DNA of 63,452 bases, filler included, from Anaerolineae bacterium (GTDB lineage Bacteria > Chloroflexota > Anaerolineae > Epilineales > Epilineaceae), in assembly GCA_029262755.1 (NCBI GenBank). It is 5 parts of 5 records of this genome, joined end to end, with 100 filler letters (N's around TTAATTAATTAA, not from the genome) between each part and the next. Parts side by side here need not be neighbours in the genome. Positions count along the whole stretch, not along the records: positions 1 to 2,607 come from JAJCYU010000069.1; positions 2,708 to 26,222 come from JAJCYU010000070.1; 3 more parts are not named here. One strand, written 5' to 3'. The position numbers and the translations under genes were made by a program. Shown piece after piece: positions 1 to 9,135 of the stretch; positions within the stretch are counted from its first letter, which is position 1; each line of letters opens with the position of its first letter. Below the pieces are notes generated by a model. The model searched no databases. It was given only the letters and a program-made list of their open reading frames with translations, and had not been told where the DNA came from.

Positions 1-559
1 CCTGTGGCGTAGTAACTATAACGGTCCCATCTACTTTACCCATCAACTCTATCATACTGATCGCCTCATGACCTGTACCGGGCGGAAGGTCTGCCAATAA
101 GAAATCTAGCTCTCCCCAGTTTATGCTACCTACCAGCTCTCTAAGATAATCCCATTTTGCGGTATCCCTCCACGCAACCGGCTGATCTGGATTCTCTACG
201 AGGAAAGCCATTGAAACAACCTTAAGACAATCATTAACAGACAACGGATTAATTCCATTCTCATTGTCCTTAAGCCGTCCTCCCTCGACACCAAGCATCT
301 AAGGAATATTTGGTCCGTGTATGTCCACATCCGCAATCCCAACCTTATGACCCATCTCAGCTAAAGCCACTCCCAGATTGGCTGTTACCGTACTCTTACC
401 AACACCTCCCTTATTAGACATGATCATAATCTTTTTCTTTATCTTGGCCATTCTGTTACTTAAGGCCCACTCATTATGCTTAAGCCCTTTTTCAGGCTTC
501 TTACATGTTTCAAAATCTCGGCAAAATTCGCATGTTGACTGCTTCTTACATTCATTCAT
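1..559 (-). pseudogene. mrp: Mrp/ApbC/Nbp35 Fe-S cluster carrier ATPase, interrupted by in-frame TAG at 299-301; 3' end runs off the window
   Basis: SNKGGVGKST Walker A and DVDIHGPNIP. After the TAG the same frame continues MLGVEGG...WGELDFLLADLPPGTG...VDGTVIVTTPQ to base 1, all Mrp motifs. N-terminal CX5CX2CX5C cluster. Pseudogene, sequencing error and readthrough cannot be separated. Confidence 0.85.
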
Positions 560-699
560 ATATATACCTTTATAGTAATTTATTATTTAATTATTTAAGG
601 AATTAGGAATACAAAAATGCTTTAATCCCTGAATTCTTCAAGTTATAATTCGTCAATAGTAATTGTTTCTCATTAACAAACTTAGCCCTGAATCCACGG

Positions 700-1311
700 C
701 TACACAGGAGAAATTCTAATAGCTATTGGCTGATTTACGGTATTACATACATTTTCGCAAATACCACAACCTACACATTTCTCCCCTCTAACAATAGGTT
801 TATTATCTTCAAGATAAATTGCATCCGGAACAGGGCAGTTTCTCACACATTGCTCACAAAATTGCGCACCGTATGCCATGCAATTATCTTCGTTTATAGA
901 TGCCTTCCCCATTGCAACCTGTTCCTTGGTTTCCACTTCTACCAATGCACCGTCCTTACACGCCTTTATACATGGAAAATCTTCACACAAATAGCAAGGT
1001 GTCTCTTCTGGTATTATAACAGGCGTTCCATCCGCAATATCAAAATCTTTATTCAGTTTTCTTATACTTTGATGTGGACAAACCTTAATACACTCATCAC
1101 ACTTAGTACACAAGGCAATAAATTTTTCTTCGCGTACAGCCCCAGGTGGCCTGATGTAACGCCGGTTTTTAGAATTGCGATTGGATATAGGATTATTTTT
1201 GGAAACGGCATCGACCCTTTTTTTAACGATCGCACCGACTGCATTTCCAAAATAAGAGAACGACTCCTTAAAAAAAGCCCTTCTTCCGTGATCTATATTC
1301 TCGTCACTCAT
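700..1311 (-). CDS. NapG/MauM/NapF-like polyferredoxin (4Fe-4S dicluster protein)
   Basis: RRAFFK Tat-like start, IRPPGA motif, CTKCDECIKVCP, CYLCEDFPCIKAC, CEQCVRNCP and CVGCGICENVC clusters. Confidence 0.85.
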   Translation of the reverse strand: MSDENIDHGRRAFFKESFSYFGNAVGAIVKKRVDAVSKNNPISNRNSKNRRYIRPPGAVREEKFIALCTKCDECIKVCPHQSIRKLNKDFDIADGTPVIIPEETPCYLCEDFPCIKACKDGALVEVETKEQVAMGKASINEDNCMAYGAQFCEQCVRNCPVPDAIYLEDNKPIVRGEKCVGCGICENVCNTVNQPIAIRISPV

Positions 1312-2607
1312 TTATATCGCCTCACTTTGTGTATTCAGCAGAGTAGATTCACTAACTTCATCAAATGAGTTGTCTAAATACAACAACCCATCTGACATTG
1401 AAAAATTGTAAGGAAATATGGATAGCCTCTTGTCTATTTCTGACCTTACATGCTCGTAAACTTCGCCGGACTCTTCTGATGTCATTCCCCCGTCTGTCTC
1501 ATAGAAATAACCCAGACTCAGATCGTCCTTCTTTGGATGTCCTATTTTAGTTAATCCATATTTTCCCGGATCACGCAAAATTGGAGCATGTTTCTCCAAC
1601 TCAAAGAGACAGGCAAGACAAGACGCACCTTTTGATTTAAGGAATTTGTCATTAGAAATCACAAAATCAAGTGTTTCCAGCGCTTCCTCTCTGGTTTCTG
1701 ATGGAAAACCGACTATCACATACATATGGATTGCAATACCTGCTTCGTCACAATTATCTATAATGTTTTTTGTTATTTCTGTTTCTATTCCTTTATCCAT
1801 TAATGAAAGTACCCTCTTATTCGAAGACTCCAGACCAAATACCATCTTGAGGCATCCCGCTTCTTGTGCTTTACTTAATACCTCTTTTGTAAGGCCTTTA
1901 TCAAACCTTACACCGGCCATCCATTTGACGTCGTTACCCTTCTCGATTAATCTAGAACTCAAACTTTCCAACTGTTTAACCGGCATACACTCATCACTGA
2001 AAAACATGTATTCAGCTCCATACTTTTCTTTTAGTCTATCCATATCTTCAAGCACCAGATCCAGGTTTCTTAATCTGAATTTTAAATTGTCTACATGGAG
2101 ATTACAGAAAGTACACTTTCTCCAGTAGCATCCCCTCGACCCCTGCAAAGGGAATACCCTCTTTGGAGAGAGGTAACGGTCCAGTGGAAAGCCGTCATAA
2201 TCCGGAGTGGGAAGTGAATTAATATCTTCTATATGATACGGTTGATTGACACGAATTCTGTTGTCTTCTTTATACACAAGGTTGGGTACCTTACTGAAGT
2301 CCCTCTTTCCGTCTAATTGCTCTATAAGTCCGAGAAGTGCATGTTCTCCCTCAAATACAATAAAGCTGTCAACAAGGTCAAAAAGCAAGTAGTTTTGCTG
2401 AAGATTATCAATCAGCTTTGTGAATACACTACCACCCATCGTTATATGAATATCACTGTTCTTTTCCTTTAACTGCCTTGCCAAAGTAAACGCGGGCATT
2501 ACCTGCGATGTCGCTGTTACCGATATTCCAACAATATTCGGGTCCTCTCTTATCATAGAATCAATTACATGCTCTTCAAAAAGTGCATGATACGGATTTT
2601 CATATTT
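1312..2607 (-). CDS. B12-binding-domain radical SAM protein (class B-like), 5'-truncated at contig end
   Basis: SRGCYWRKCTFC (CxxxCxxC), GGSVFT/EGE cobalamin-binding-like region, GLESS, IVGFPSET; frame stays open from 2556 to the gap (KYENPYHALFEEH...). Confidence 0.85.
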   Translation of the reverse strand, partial: KYENPYHALFEEHVIDSMIREDPNIVGISVTATSQVMPAFTLARQLKEKNSDIHITMGGSVFTKLIDNLQQNYLLFDLVDSFIVFEGEHALLGLIEQLDGKRDFSKVPNLVYKEDNRIRVNQPYHIEDINSLPTPDYDGFPLDRYLSPKRVFPLQGSRGCYWRKCTFCNLHVDNLKFRLRNLDLVLEDMDRLKEKYGAEYMFFSDECMPVKQLESLSSRLIEKGNDVKWMAGVRFDKGLTKEVLSKAQEAGCLKMVFGLESSNKRVLSLMDKGIETEITKNIIDNCDEAGIAIHMYVIVGFPSETREEALETLDFVISNDKFLKSKGASCLACLFELEKHAPILRDPGKYGLTKIGHPKKDDLSLGYFYETDGGMTSEESGEVYEHVRSEIDKRLSIFPYNFSMSDGLLYLDNSFDEVSESTLLNTQSEAI

Positions 2608-2707
2608 NNNNNNNNNNNNNNNNNNNNNNNNNNNNNNNNNNNNNNNNNNNNTTAATTAATTAANNNNNNNNNNNNNNNNNNNNNNNNNNNNNNNNNNNNN
2701 NNNNNNN
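2608..2707. other. Artificial contig spacer (44 N + TTAATTAATTAA + 44 N)
   Basis: Identical 100-nt spacer occurs four times; the 12-mer gives stops in all six frames. Confidence 0.98.
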
Positions 2708-3507
2708 GCTATGCGTGTCGCCCGGTCACGCATGGCTTCGATATAGGCCTCACGCGCCTGTGGATCGACGCGCACCAAGCGCTCGTCTCCCGTTTCCCCG
2801 TCCACAAGGCGCACCGGCCCCATGACCGGCGGCTCGAGCTCGTCTCGGTCGAGCACCTGCATCACGATGGTCTGCCAGCGCGGGGGAGGCGCGAAGCGCA
2901 GCGCTCTGCCGAGGTCCTCGCAGCGCCAAAGGTCGGACACGATGACCAGCAGTCCGCCGCCTGGCGACCCGGCAAGCAATTCGCGCGTGGCGGTGGCGAG
3001 CCCGTGCTCGCCGTCCGGCGCAGGAACGCCGCTGCGCAGCGCGAGATGCGCAAGCCACTCCGGGGCCCGTGCGGCGCCGGAGACGGGACCCCAACGCGGC
3101 GCACCGGTCGGGAAACCGGCCACGGTGAGCTTGTCGCCGTTGGCGAGGGTCAGCCACCCAATGGCGGCAGCCAGTTCACGGGCCGCCTTTTCTTTGCGCG
3201 TTGGGATCGACATCGAAGGGCTCGCGTCCAGAAGCAGGCGAACGTCCGCGGCATCTTGCGCTCGGCCGACCTTGATCGTGACCACATCGTGGCGTGCGAC
3301 AGCCGGCCAATCGACGTGGCGCAGATCGTCACCCGGGGAGTAGGGACGGTGATCAATGAAATCCGCGGCGGGAACACGCCGGGCTCCCGGCCGCGCGCCT
3401 GCTACGCCCGTCGCGCGGCGGGCGTGCAGGGCCAGGCCGGACAAACGCCGCACGAAGGATGCGTCGAAGGCGCGGGCGATCTCCGATCCTTCGTCGGAGG
3501 ACCTCAA
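2708..3507 (-). CDS. DUF58 (vWA-like) protein, 3'-truncated
   Basis: DFIDHRPYSPGDDLRHVDW, LLLDASPSM, VIVSDL motifs; probable TTG start at 3507 behind GGGAGG. Confidence 0.88.
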
Positions 3508-3562
3508 CGGACACCTCCCTTGGCGGTCGGAAGCGAGCGCTCCGGCGAGACGTGGCGGCGCA

Positions 3563-4816
3563 CTACGGCACGCTCGCGGTCGGCGTCGCACTCGGCCTGC
3601 CATCGCGACGCGCGAAATAACGCTGCACGATGGCACGGTCGTTTGCGTCCATTCCACGCCCGCTTGGCGGCAGCGCATCGCGCACGCCGGCATCCTGGGC
3701 ATCCCGGGCAACGCCGGCATTGCCCGCCTCCCCGCTATCCACCGCACCGCCACTTCGACCGGCCGCGATGGCAGCTTCCTGCGCCGTTCGCCCGGTAGGA
3801 ACCGCGACGGGCGCGCCCGAGGACCGGAGCCGTTCCGCGAGCGGACCCTCGCGCAACTCGGCACGCGGGGTCGGTCCCTGCCCGCGGGACGCCTCCGCAC
3901 TGCGCGCGGCCTCCTCCAGAGCCGACGCGACGTTGTCCAGCGCTTCGGCCTGTGCCGCCCGATCCGGCGTCTTCAGGCTCTCACCGGCAACCCGCATGGC
4001 ATCGGCAAGCGCCGAACCCGCCTCCGATTGCGGAATCCGCTCCGCCGCCTCCCGAATTGCCTCCGCGACTTCGGCGCTGCCGCGCTCGGACAGTTCGGGG
4101 ACGTGGTCGGCCAATTGTCGGAGGGCCCTTGCGCCGTCCGCAGCGTTGCCCGCCTGGAACGCGCGCGCCGTATCGCGCAAGGCGGCATGATCGCCCATCC
4201 GGTCGCCCGCCGGCGCGAGATCGATCCCGAGGCCGCCCACGCCCGGTCCCTGTCCGGGACCCGCGGCGCCCGGTGGCCCCCCGCGGCCGGGCGGACCGGA
4301 TCCGAGCGACCACGCATCGGGAACGGGCGCGTGCAACCATCCCGTCGTCAGCAAGATGCCGGTCGCCATCAACAGCGCCGCTACCAGCGCTTCGGTCTCC
4401 GTGGCCACTTCCCGGCTACGAAGCGCTGGGTGCGCCGACTGTTCGGCAAGCGCGGAGGCGGCGTCGTCGAGCAGCCATCGCTCGGGACCGCTCGTCGGCC
4501 CGCGTCGATCGACCTCGACGGCCGTCACGAGCAGCTCTCCCAAGCCGAGCTGCCGATCGAGCCAACCGGCGGGATCAGTCTGCTGATCGTTGCGAAGGTC
4601 TCGAAGCACGGACGCGATCACGACGAAAATCGGGAGCACGATCCATCCGGAAAGGGGCATTCCTTCAATCGCGGTGTACGACAACACGCTGTCGACAAGC
4701 ATGCAAAGCGCAAGCGCGACGATGCCGCGCCACCCCGCGCGCAGCCATCGTCCGCGCCGCCGTCCTTCGGCGAGCCGATCGCGCACGGCTTCGAAGCGGA
4801 TCCGGAAGTGGATCAA
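3563..4816 (-). CDS. Hypothetical membrane protein with helical Ala/Glu-rich C-terminus (MoxR/DUF58 operon-type)
   Basis: TM segments, LDRQLGLGELLVTAVE motif, C-terminal IVQRYF; TTG start overlaps upstream TGA (TTGA). Confidence 0.65.
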   Translation of the reverse strand: MIHFRIRFEAVRDRLAEGRRRGRWLRAGWRGIVALALCMLVDSVLSYTAIEGMPLSGWIVLPIFVVIASVLRDLRNDQQTDPAGWLDRQLGLGELLVTAVEVDRRGPTSGPERWLLDDAASALAEQSAHPALRSREVATETEALVAALLMATGILLTTGWLHAPVPDAWSLGSGPPGRGGPPGAAGPGQGPGVGGLGIDLAPAGDRMGDHAALRDTARAFQAGNAADGARALRQLADHVPELSERGSAEVAEAIREAAERIPQSEAGSALADAMRVAGESLKTPDRAAQAEALDNVASALEEAARSAEASRGQGPTPRAELREGPLAERLRSSGAPVAVPTGRTAQEAAIAAGRSGGAVDSGEAGNAGVARDAQDAGVRDALPPSGRGMDANDRAIVQRYFARRDGRPSATPTASVP

Positions 4817-6330
4817 TCGTATTCTCTCCGCCTGCGCTTGCGATTGCGGTCTGCCAGAACGATGCCGGCCATCAGCGGCACGACTCCGACGAGCGCCAAG
4901 ATCGCATCCGCTTCGCGTTGGACGTCGCGGGCCTCGCCCTGCGCAATCGCATAGCCAAGGGACGCGAACTCCACGCCGGCTTGACGCGCGCCGCGGCGGC
5001 GCGCGAACACACGCCACGGCGGCAGCGCCCGCAGGCGGTTCATCTGCGCTCCGGCGGCAGACGCACGGCGCGCATCGTCGCGTAGTTGAACCGCCTCGCG
5101 CTGCGCGACTACCGCCCCGGCCTCTTCAGCTGCGCGGCGTGCATCCTCCGCGGCGATCGCCGCGCGCTCGGACTCACCGTGCTCGAGCGCTTCCCGGGAT
5201 TGCTCGAGCAAGCGAGAGGCACGCCGCCCTGCTCGCGCCTGTTCGAGCAACACGGTTGCGTCCTCGCCAAGCGCTCCGTCCGGGTTGAATGCGATCAACC
5301 CGGCCAGCTCCCGTTCCGCTTGTCCATATGCTCCCCCCGCTACCAGGCGTTCCCATCGCCCGAGATCGGACGGAAAGAGGGGATGGCTCTGCCAGCCACC
5401 GTCCAGGTAGGATGGCAACCATGCCCGCCACAGCTGCTCCAGCTGCTCTGCGCTTTCGCTTTGCACTCCTTCGAGCGCGACGCGCCAGCCCGGCGCGTTG
5501 GAGGATTCGCGCGCGAGCGCAGGCAAGATCTCGAACCCGTGTGTATCTACGAGAAATTGCGCGATCGAACGGCCAAGTACCACGCTTCTCTCCGCTTCCA
5601 TGAAGGCGCCACCCGGTGCCATCAGTCGCGTCCAGGCCGGAATGTCGCCGGACTCCAGCGCATTGCGTAGTTGCGCGATCTCGCGGGCCTGGCCTTCATA
5701 GGGGCGATGGCTGAACGCGGCAATACCCTCTGCGAGGATCGACGGCAGCCTGTCGTCAGAGGAATCGGCCACCAACCGGTGGACGAGCTCGTGCATCAAG
5801 GCCGACGCGAGTTCGTCGCTCGATTCACCCCATGCAAGCACGATATCGAGCTCGCGCGGAGCACGGTACGTGCGCAAGAAGCCGCGGCCCAATGCCTGCA
5901 CCAAGGGGTCGATCCCGACGAGGTCGTCGAGGCTTGGATAGATGCGAAGCACGACATCCGCGGGTTCGTCAACACCGAAGGCGGAAGCGGCATTTGCTCG
6001 CAGTCGCGGCCACAATGCAACAACGCGGCGCGCCGAGGCTCCGTGGCCCTCGGTGTAGAGCACCGTGCCGCCGTCGGTCGGCAGCGCCTGCCACTCCGGT
6101 CCGGTCTCCGGTTGTCGTTCGGTTGTGGGATCGGCCCCGTCGACGGCGGAGGCAGGCGTAGGCGCTTCGGCGCCGGTCCCCTGACCAGGCGGTGAGGCCG
6201 GCACGTACGCGTGCGCGCTCGTGTCAGCGTGGTGCTGCGCCCCGAACAGTGCGATCACCGCAAGGAACGCGGCGGCACCGCGAGGCAACAGGTTTAGCAC
6301 CGACGGCGAAACACATACGCGTTGATTCAT
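4813..6330 (-). CDS. Peptidase MA-family zinc metallohydrolase with C-terminal membrane anchor
   Basis: Signal-like N-terminus, HELVH (HExxH) followed by LAEGIA, helical region, C-terminal TM and basic tail RNRKRRRR. Confidence 0.75.
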   Translation of the reverse strand: MNQRVCVSPSVLNLLPRGAAAFLAVIALFGAQHHADTSAHAYVPASPPGQGTGAEAPTPASAVDGADPTTERQPETGPEWQALPTDGGTVLYTEGHGASARRVVALWPRLRANAASAFGVDEPADVVLRIYPSLDDLVGIDPLVQALGRGFLRTYRAPRELDIVLAWGESSDELASALMHELVHRLVADSSDDRLPSILAEGIAAFSHRPYEGQAREIAQLRNALESGDIPAWTRLMAPGGAFMEAERSVVLGRSIAQFLVDTHGFEILPALARESSNAPGWRVALEGVQSESAEQLEQLWRAWLPSYLDGGWQSHPLFPSDLGRWERLVAGGAYGQAERELAGLIAFNPDGALGEDATVLLEQARAGRRASRLLEQSREALEHGESERAAIAAEDARRAAEEAGAVVAQREAVQLRDDARRASAAGAQMNRLRALPPWRVFARRRGARQAGVEFASLGYAIAQGEARDVQREADAILALVGVVPLMAGIVLADRNRKRRRREYD

Positions 6331-6490
6331 GGGAGGATCACGCCTTTGCGCGCATGGAAGACCGGAGTGCGGGCGGTGGAACAAGAGGCTCCGATTCGAG
6401 CACATGGACCTGCGCCGGGAGTCTAGCTCTCGGTCCCAACTGCGGCCACCGCGCCGCCAGCGCCGGCAGGTTCGTCCGTACCGACGCCCA

Positions 6491-6499
6491 TGCTAGCCT
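6491..6499 (+). promoter_or_regulatory. Putative extended -10 (TGC TAGCCT) 6 nt before mutL ATG, leaderless-type
   Basis: TGn-TAnnnT directly upstream of ATG 6506; no Shine-Dalgarno. Confidence 0.35.
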
Positions 6500-6505
6500 T
6501 GGCCG

Positions 6506-8386
6506 ATGCCGCCCGAAGCGCGTGAGCCCGCCGCGATACGCCCTCTCGATGAACTGACCATCTCGCGCATCGCCGCCGGCGAGGTCGTCGAGCGACCGGC
6601 CAGCGTCGTCAAGGAGCTGGTGGAGAACAGCTTGGATGCCGGCGCCCGTGCCGTGCGGATCGAGGTCCACGCCGGCGGAAAGCGCTCGATTCGTGTGGTC
6701 GACGATGGCTGCGGGATTCCCCGTGACCAAGTCGAATCGGCCCTCGCTCGCCACGCCACGAGCAAGCTGCGCGCGGACGTCGATTTAGAGCATGTCGCTA
6801 CCCTCGGCTTCCGAGGAGAGGCCCTTGCCGCGATCGCGTCCGTCGCTCACGTGACCCTCGTCTCTCGTGCTCGCAGCGCGTCGGAAGGCACGCGGGTCCG
6901 AATCGATGCCGGGCGCACGGTTTCCGTGGAGCAGATTGGGGCGCCCTACGGAACTAGCGTGACGGTCGAGAATCTGTTTCATGCAACCCCGGCGCGACGG
7001 AAGTTCCTTCAAGGGGACGCCGCCGAGGCCGCCCGGATCGGTCGCATCGCGACCCGATATGCGTTGGCGCATCCGGACCGTAAGATCACGTTTGTACGCA
7101 ACGATCGCACGGTGCTGCGCACAGCCGGCGACGGCGACGGCCGCGCGGTGCTCGCCGCCGTGTTCGACGCTTCTGTTGCCGCCGATATGCTTTCGGTTGC
7201 GCATTCGCAGCAGCCGGATGAGGAGGGCTATGCGGTCGGGGTTTCTGGATTCGTGAGCCCGCCGCATCTTCATCGGGCCAACCGTCTCGGCATCACGATC
7301 TTCGTCAACGGCCGGTGGATTCAGGATGCACGGCTCAGCTACGCCATCACAGAAGCCTACCAAGGACGCATTCCGGCGCGTCGATTTCCCATCGCCGTCA
7401 TCATGCTCGATGTTCCGCCCGAGGTCGTGGACGTCAACGTTCACCCGGCGAAGACAGAGGTACGGTTTCGGGATCACGGATGGATCTTTCGGGCCGTGCA
7501 ACATGCCGTGCGTGCCGCGGTCGGCGGGCAGGCGCCCGTGGCGCCGCTGCGCGATCCACGCCCGGGCGGCCGAGGCACGCCGTGGGCGCCGTGGCCCGGC
7601 CATGCCCCAACCGGCCGGGTGCGCGACCGCTCGGACGCCGTGTGGATCGAAGGCCACCGCTCGGTCGCCGACGAAACAGGCTCCCCTGCCGGGAACGAGG
7701 CGGCGAACGACGACGGGCCGCGCGCCTCCGAGTACGGTTCGAGTCCGGAACGTGACGCGCACGGGGGTCCCGCGCCACCTTCTTTGCCGCGGCAATCGGG
7801 CGCTCCGCGCAGCGCTCTGCCGCCGCTACGCGTCTTGGGCCAGATTGCGCTCAGCTTTGTGGCCGCCGAAGGCCCGGAGGGCCTGTACTTGGTCGATCAG
7901 CACGCCGCGCACGAGCGCATCATGTACGAGCGCTTCTTGGCCCGAGCCGGACCTCCGGCATCGCAGCGCCTGCTTGTGCCGCTGGTGTTGGCGGTGGACG
8001 GCGACTTACTTGCCGTAGTAGAACAGCATGGAGCGCGCTTGGCGTCACTGGGCTTCGAGATGGAGGAGTTCGGACCCGGGGAATTGCTTGTTCGCGCCGT
8101 GCCCGAAGTTGTGGCCGGCCCGGATGCGGAAGCGACCGTTCGCGGCGCGCTTGAGGCGATGGCGGAGGGCGACGATCCGGTCGAGCGCGCCTTCGACGAG
8201 CGCCTCGTTCGCGCGGTCTGCAAAGGCGCCACGATCAAGGCTGGGCACCGGCTAAGCACCGAGGAAATGCGGGTCTTGTTGCGTGATCTGGAGCGAGCGG
8301 AGGACCCCTTCAGCTGTCCTCACGGACGACCGACGATGATCGTGCTTTCCGTCGACGCCCTCGCTGCACGCTTCGGACGGTCCTAA
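6506..8386 (+). CDS. mutL: DNA mismatch repair endonuclease MutL
   Basis: IAAGEVVERPASVVKELVENSLDAGA, GFRGEAL, DVNVHPAKTEVRF, DQHAAHERIMYE, CPHGRP. Confidence 0.98.
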   Translation: MPPEAREPAAIRPLDELTISRIAAGEVVERPASVVKELVENSLDAGARAVRIEVHAGGKRSIRVVDDGCGIPRDQVESALARHATSKLRADVDLEHVATLGFRGEALAAIASVAHVTLVSRARSASEGTRVRIDAGRTVSVEQIGAPYGTSVTVENLFHATPARRKFLQGDAAEAARIGRIATRYALAHPDRKITFVRNDRTVLRTAGDGDGRAVLAAVFDASVAADMLSVAHSQQPDEEGYAVGVSGFVSPPHLHRANRLGITIFVNGRWIQDARLSYAITEAYQGRIPARRFPIAVIMLDVPPEVVDVNVHPAKTEVRFRDHGWIFRAVQHAVRAAVGGQAPVAPLRDPRPGGRGTPWAPWPGHAPTGRVRDRSDAVWIEGHRSVADETGSPAGNEAANDDGPRASEYGSSPERDAHGGPAPPSLPRQSGAPRSALPPLRVLGQIALSFVAAEGPEGLYLVDQHAAHERIMYERFLARAGPPASQRLLVPLVLAVDGDLLAVVEQHGARLASLGFEMEEFGPGELLVRAVPEVVAGPDAEATVRGALEAMAEGDDPVERAFDERLVRAVCKGATIKAGHRLSTEEMRVLLRDLERAEDPFSCPHGRPTMIVLSVDALAARFGRS

Positions 8387-8540
8387 TGGCGCCGTACAAT
8401 TCGCGCCGATCGACGGGAAATGGCTTGGCAGCACCTGGGCCAGGACCTATGATTGCACGTCCGTTCAGCAACCGTTTTCGCGGCCGGGACGCGCAGCCGT
8501 TTGCGCCTGTCTCGGTTCCGTCTGCCCCCAGGAGCCGCGC

Positions 8541-8945
8541 GTGAAGCGCTTACTTCAGTGGATCGTAAAGCTTGCGGCCCTCGCCGGCATCGCAGCCGTC
8601 GTCGTTAAGGCCATGGAGCAGTTTCGAGGCGATCCCGATGGTGTCGGCTCCACATCGCTTGAAGCGCCGAGTTCCGCGTTGGCGGGCGACGACTCGGACG
8701 ATCCCTATGCCGTGGACATGACGACCCTCGGTGGCGAGGTCAATCCAGAGCTCATCGACCGGCTCGTTTGCCCGAGCGACAAGGGCCCGCTTGAGCTCGT
8801 CGATGGCGCGTGGCTGGTGAACCGTAGGAACGGCAACCGGTATCCCATCACGGACGGCATCCCCGTCATGCTCGTCGAGGTCGGCGAGCGTTATCGGGAT
8901 CCTGGCATGGTCGTACCCTCTTCGTCGACGGACAACAACGAATAG
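8541..8945 (+). CDS. Trm112/YcaR-like domain protein with N-terminal hydrophobic anchor
   Basis: C-terminal LVCPSDKGPL...RYPITDGIPVML; N-terminal LAALAGIAAVVV helix; GGAG before GTG start. Confidence 0.72.
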   Translation: MKRLLQWIVKLAALAGIAAVVVKAMEQFRGDPDGVGSTSLEAPSSALAGDDSDDPYAVDMTTLGGEVNPELIDRLVCPSDKGPLELVDGAWLVNRRNGNRYPITDGIPVMLVEVGERYRDPGMVVPSSSTDNNE

Positions 8946-9135
8946 GTCGGCTACGGTTCAACCGGTCAGCGGCGTGACTCCCCTGTCGGTAATAGGTCTT
9001 GTGTAGTCCGTCGTTGAACACGAGCAGACCGGATCGGGCGATGTGTCGTCCTAGGCCCAACGAATTCTCTGCAGTGCCCCAACGAACCTCCCAGTGCCCC
9101 AACATACTTCAGTTCCCTCCAGCAAGGATGAGATC

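Noticed and set aside
12..27. GTAACTATAACGGTCC, matching the 23S rRNA / I-CeuI recognition sequence
   Set aside because: The match stops before TAAGGTAGCGAA, and the bases are the antisense of mrp codons GTVIVT; coincidental, not rRNA or vector
596..642. Imperfect AT-rich inverted repeat upstream of mrp
   Set aside because: Weak pairing in AT-rich DNA; insufficient support for a call
2608..2707. TTAATTAATTAA within N runs (also at 26223, 44055 and 58803) as a biological repeat
   Set aside because: Identical artificial contig linker; ORFs crossing it and gene adjacency across it are meaningless
3356..5085. Long Arg/Ala/Pro-rich alternative-frame ORFs (e.g. 3356-4954, 28793-30184, 32162-33334, 55527-56690)
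   Set aside because: Shadow ORFs expected in high-GC DNA; they overlap genes with clear family motifs
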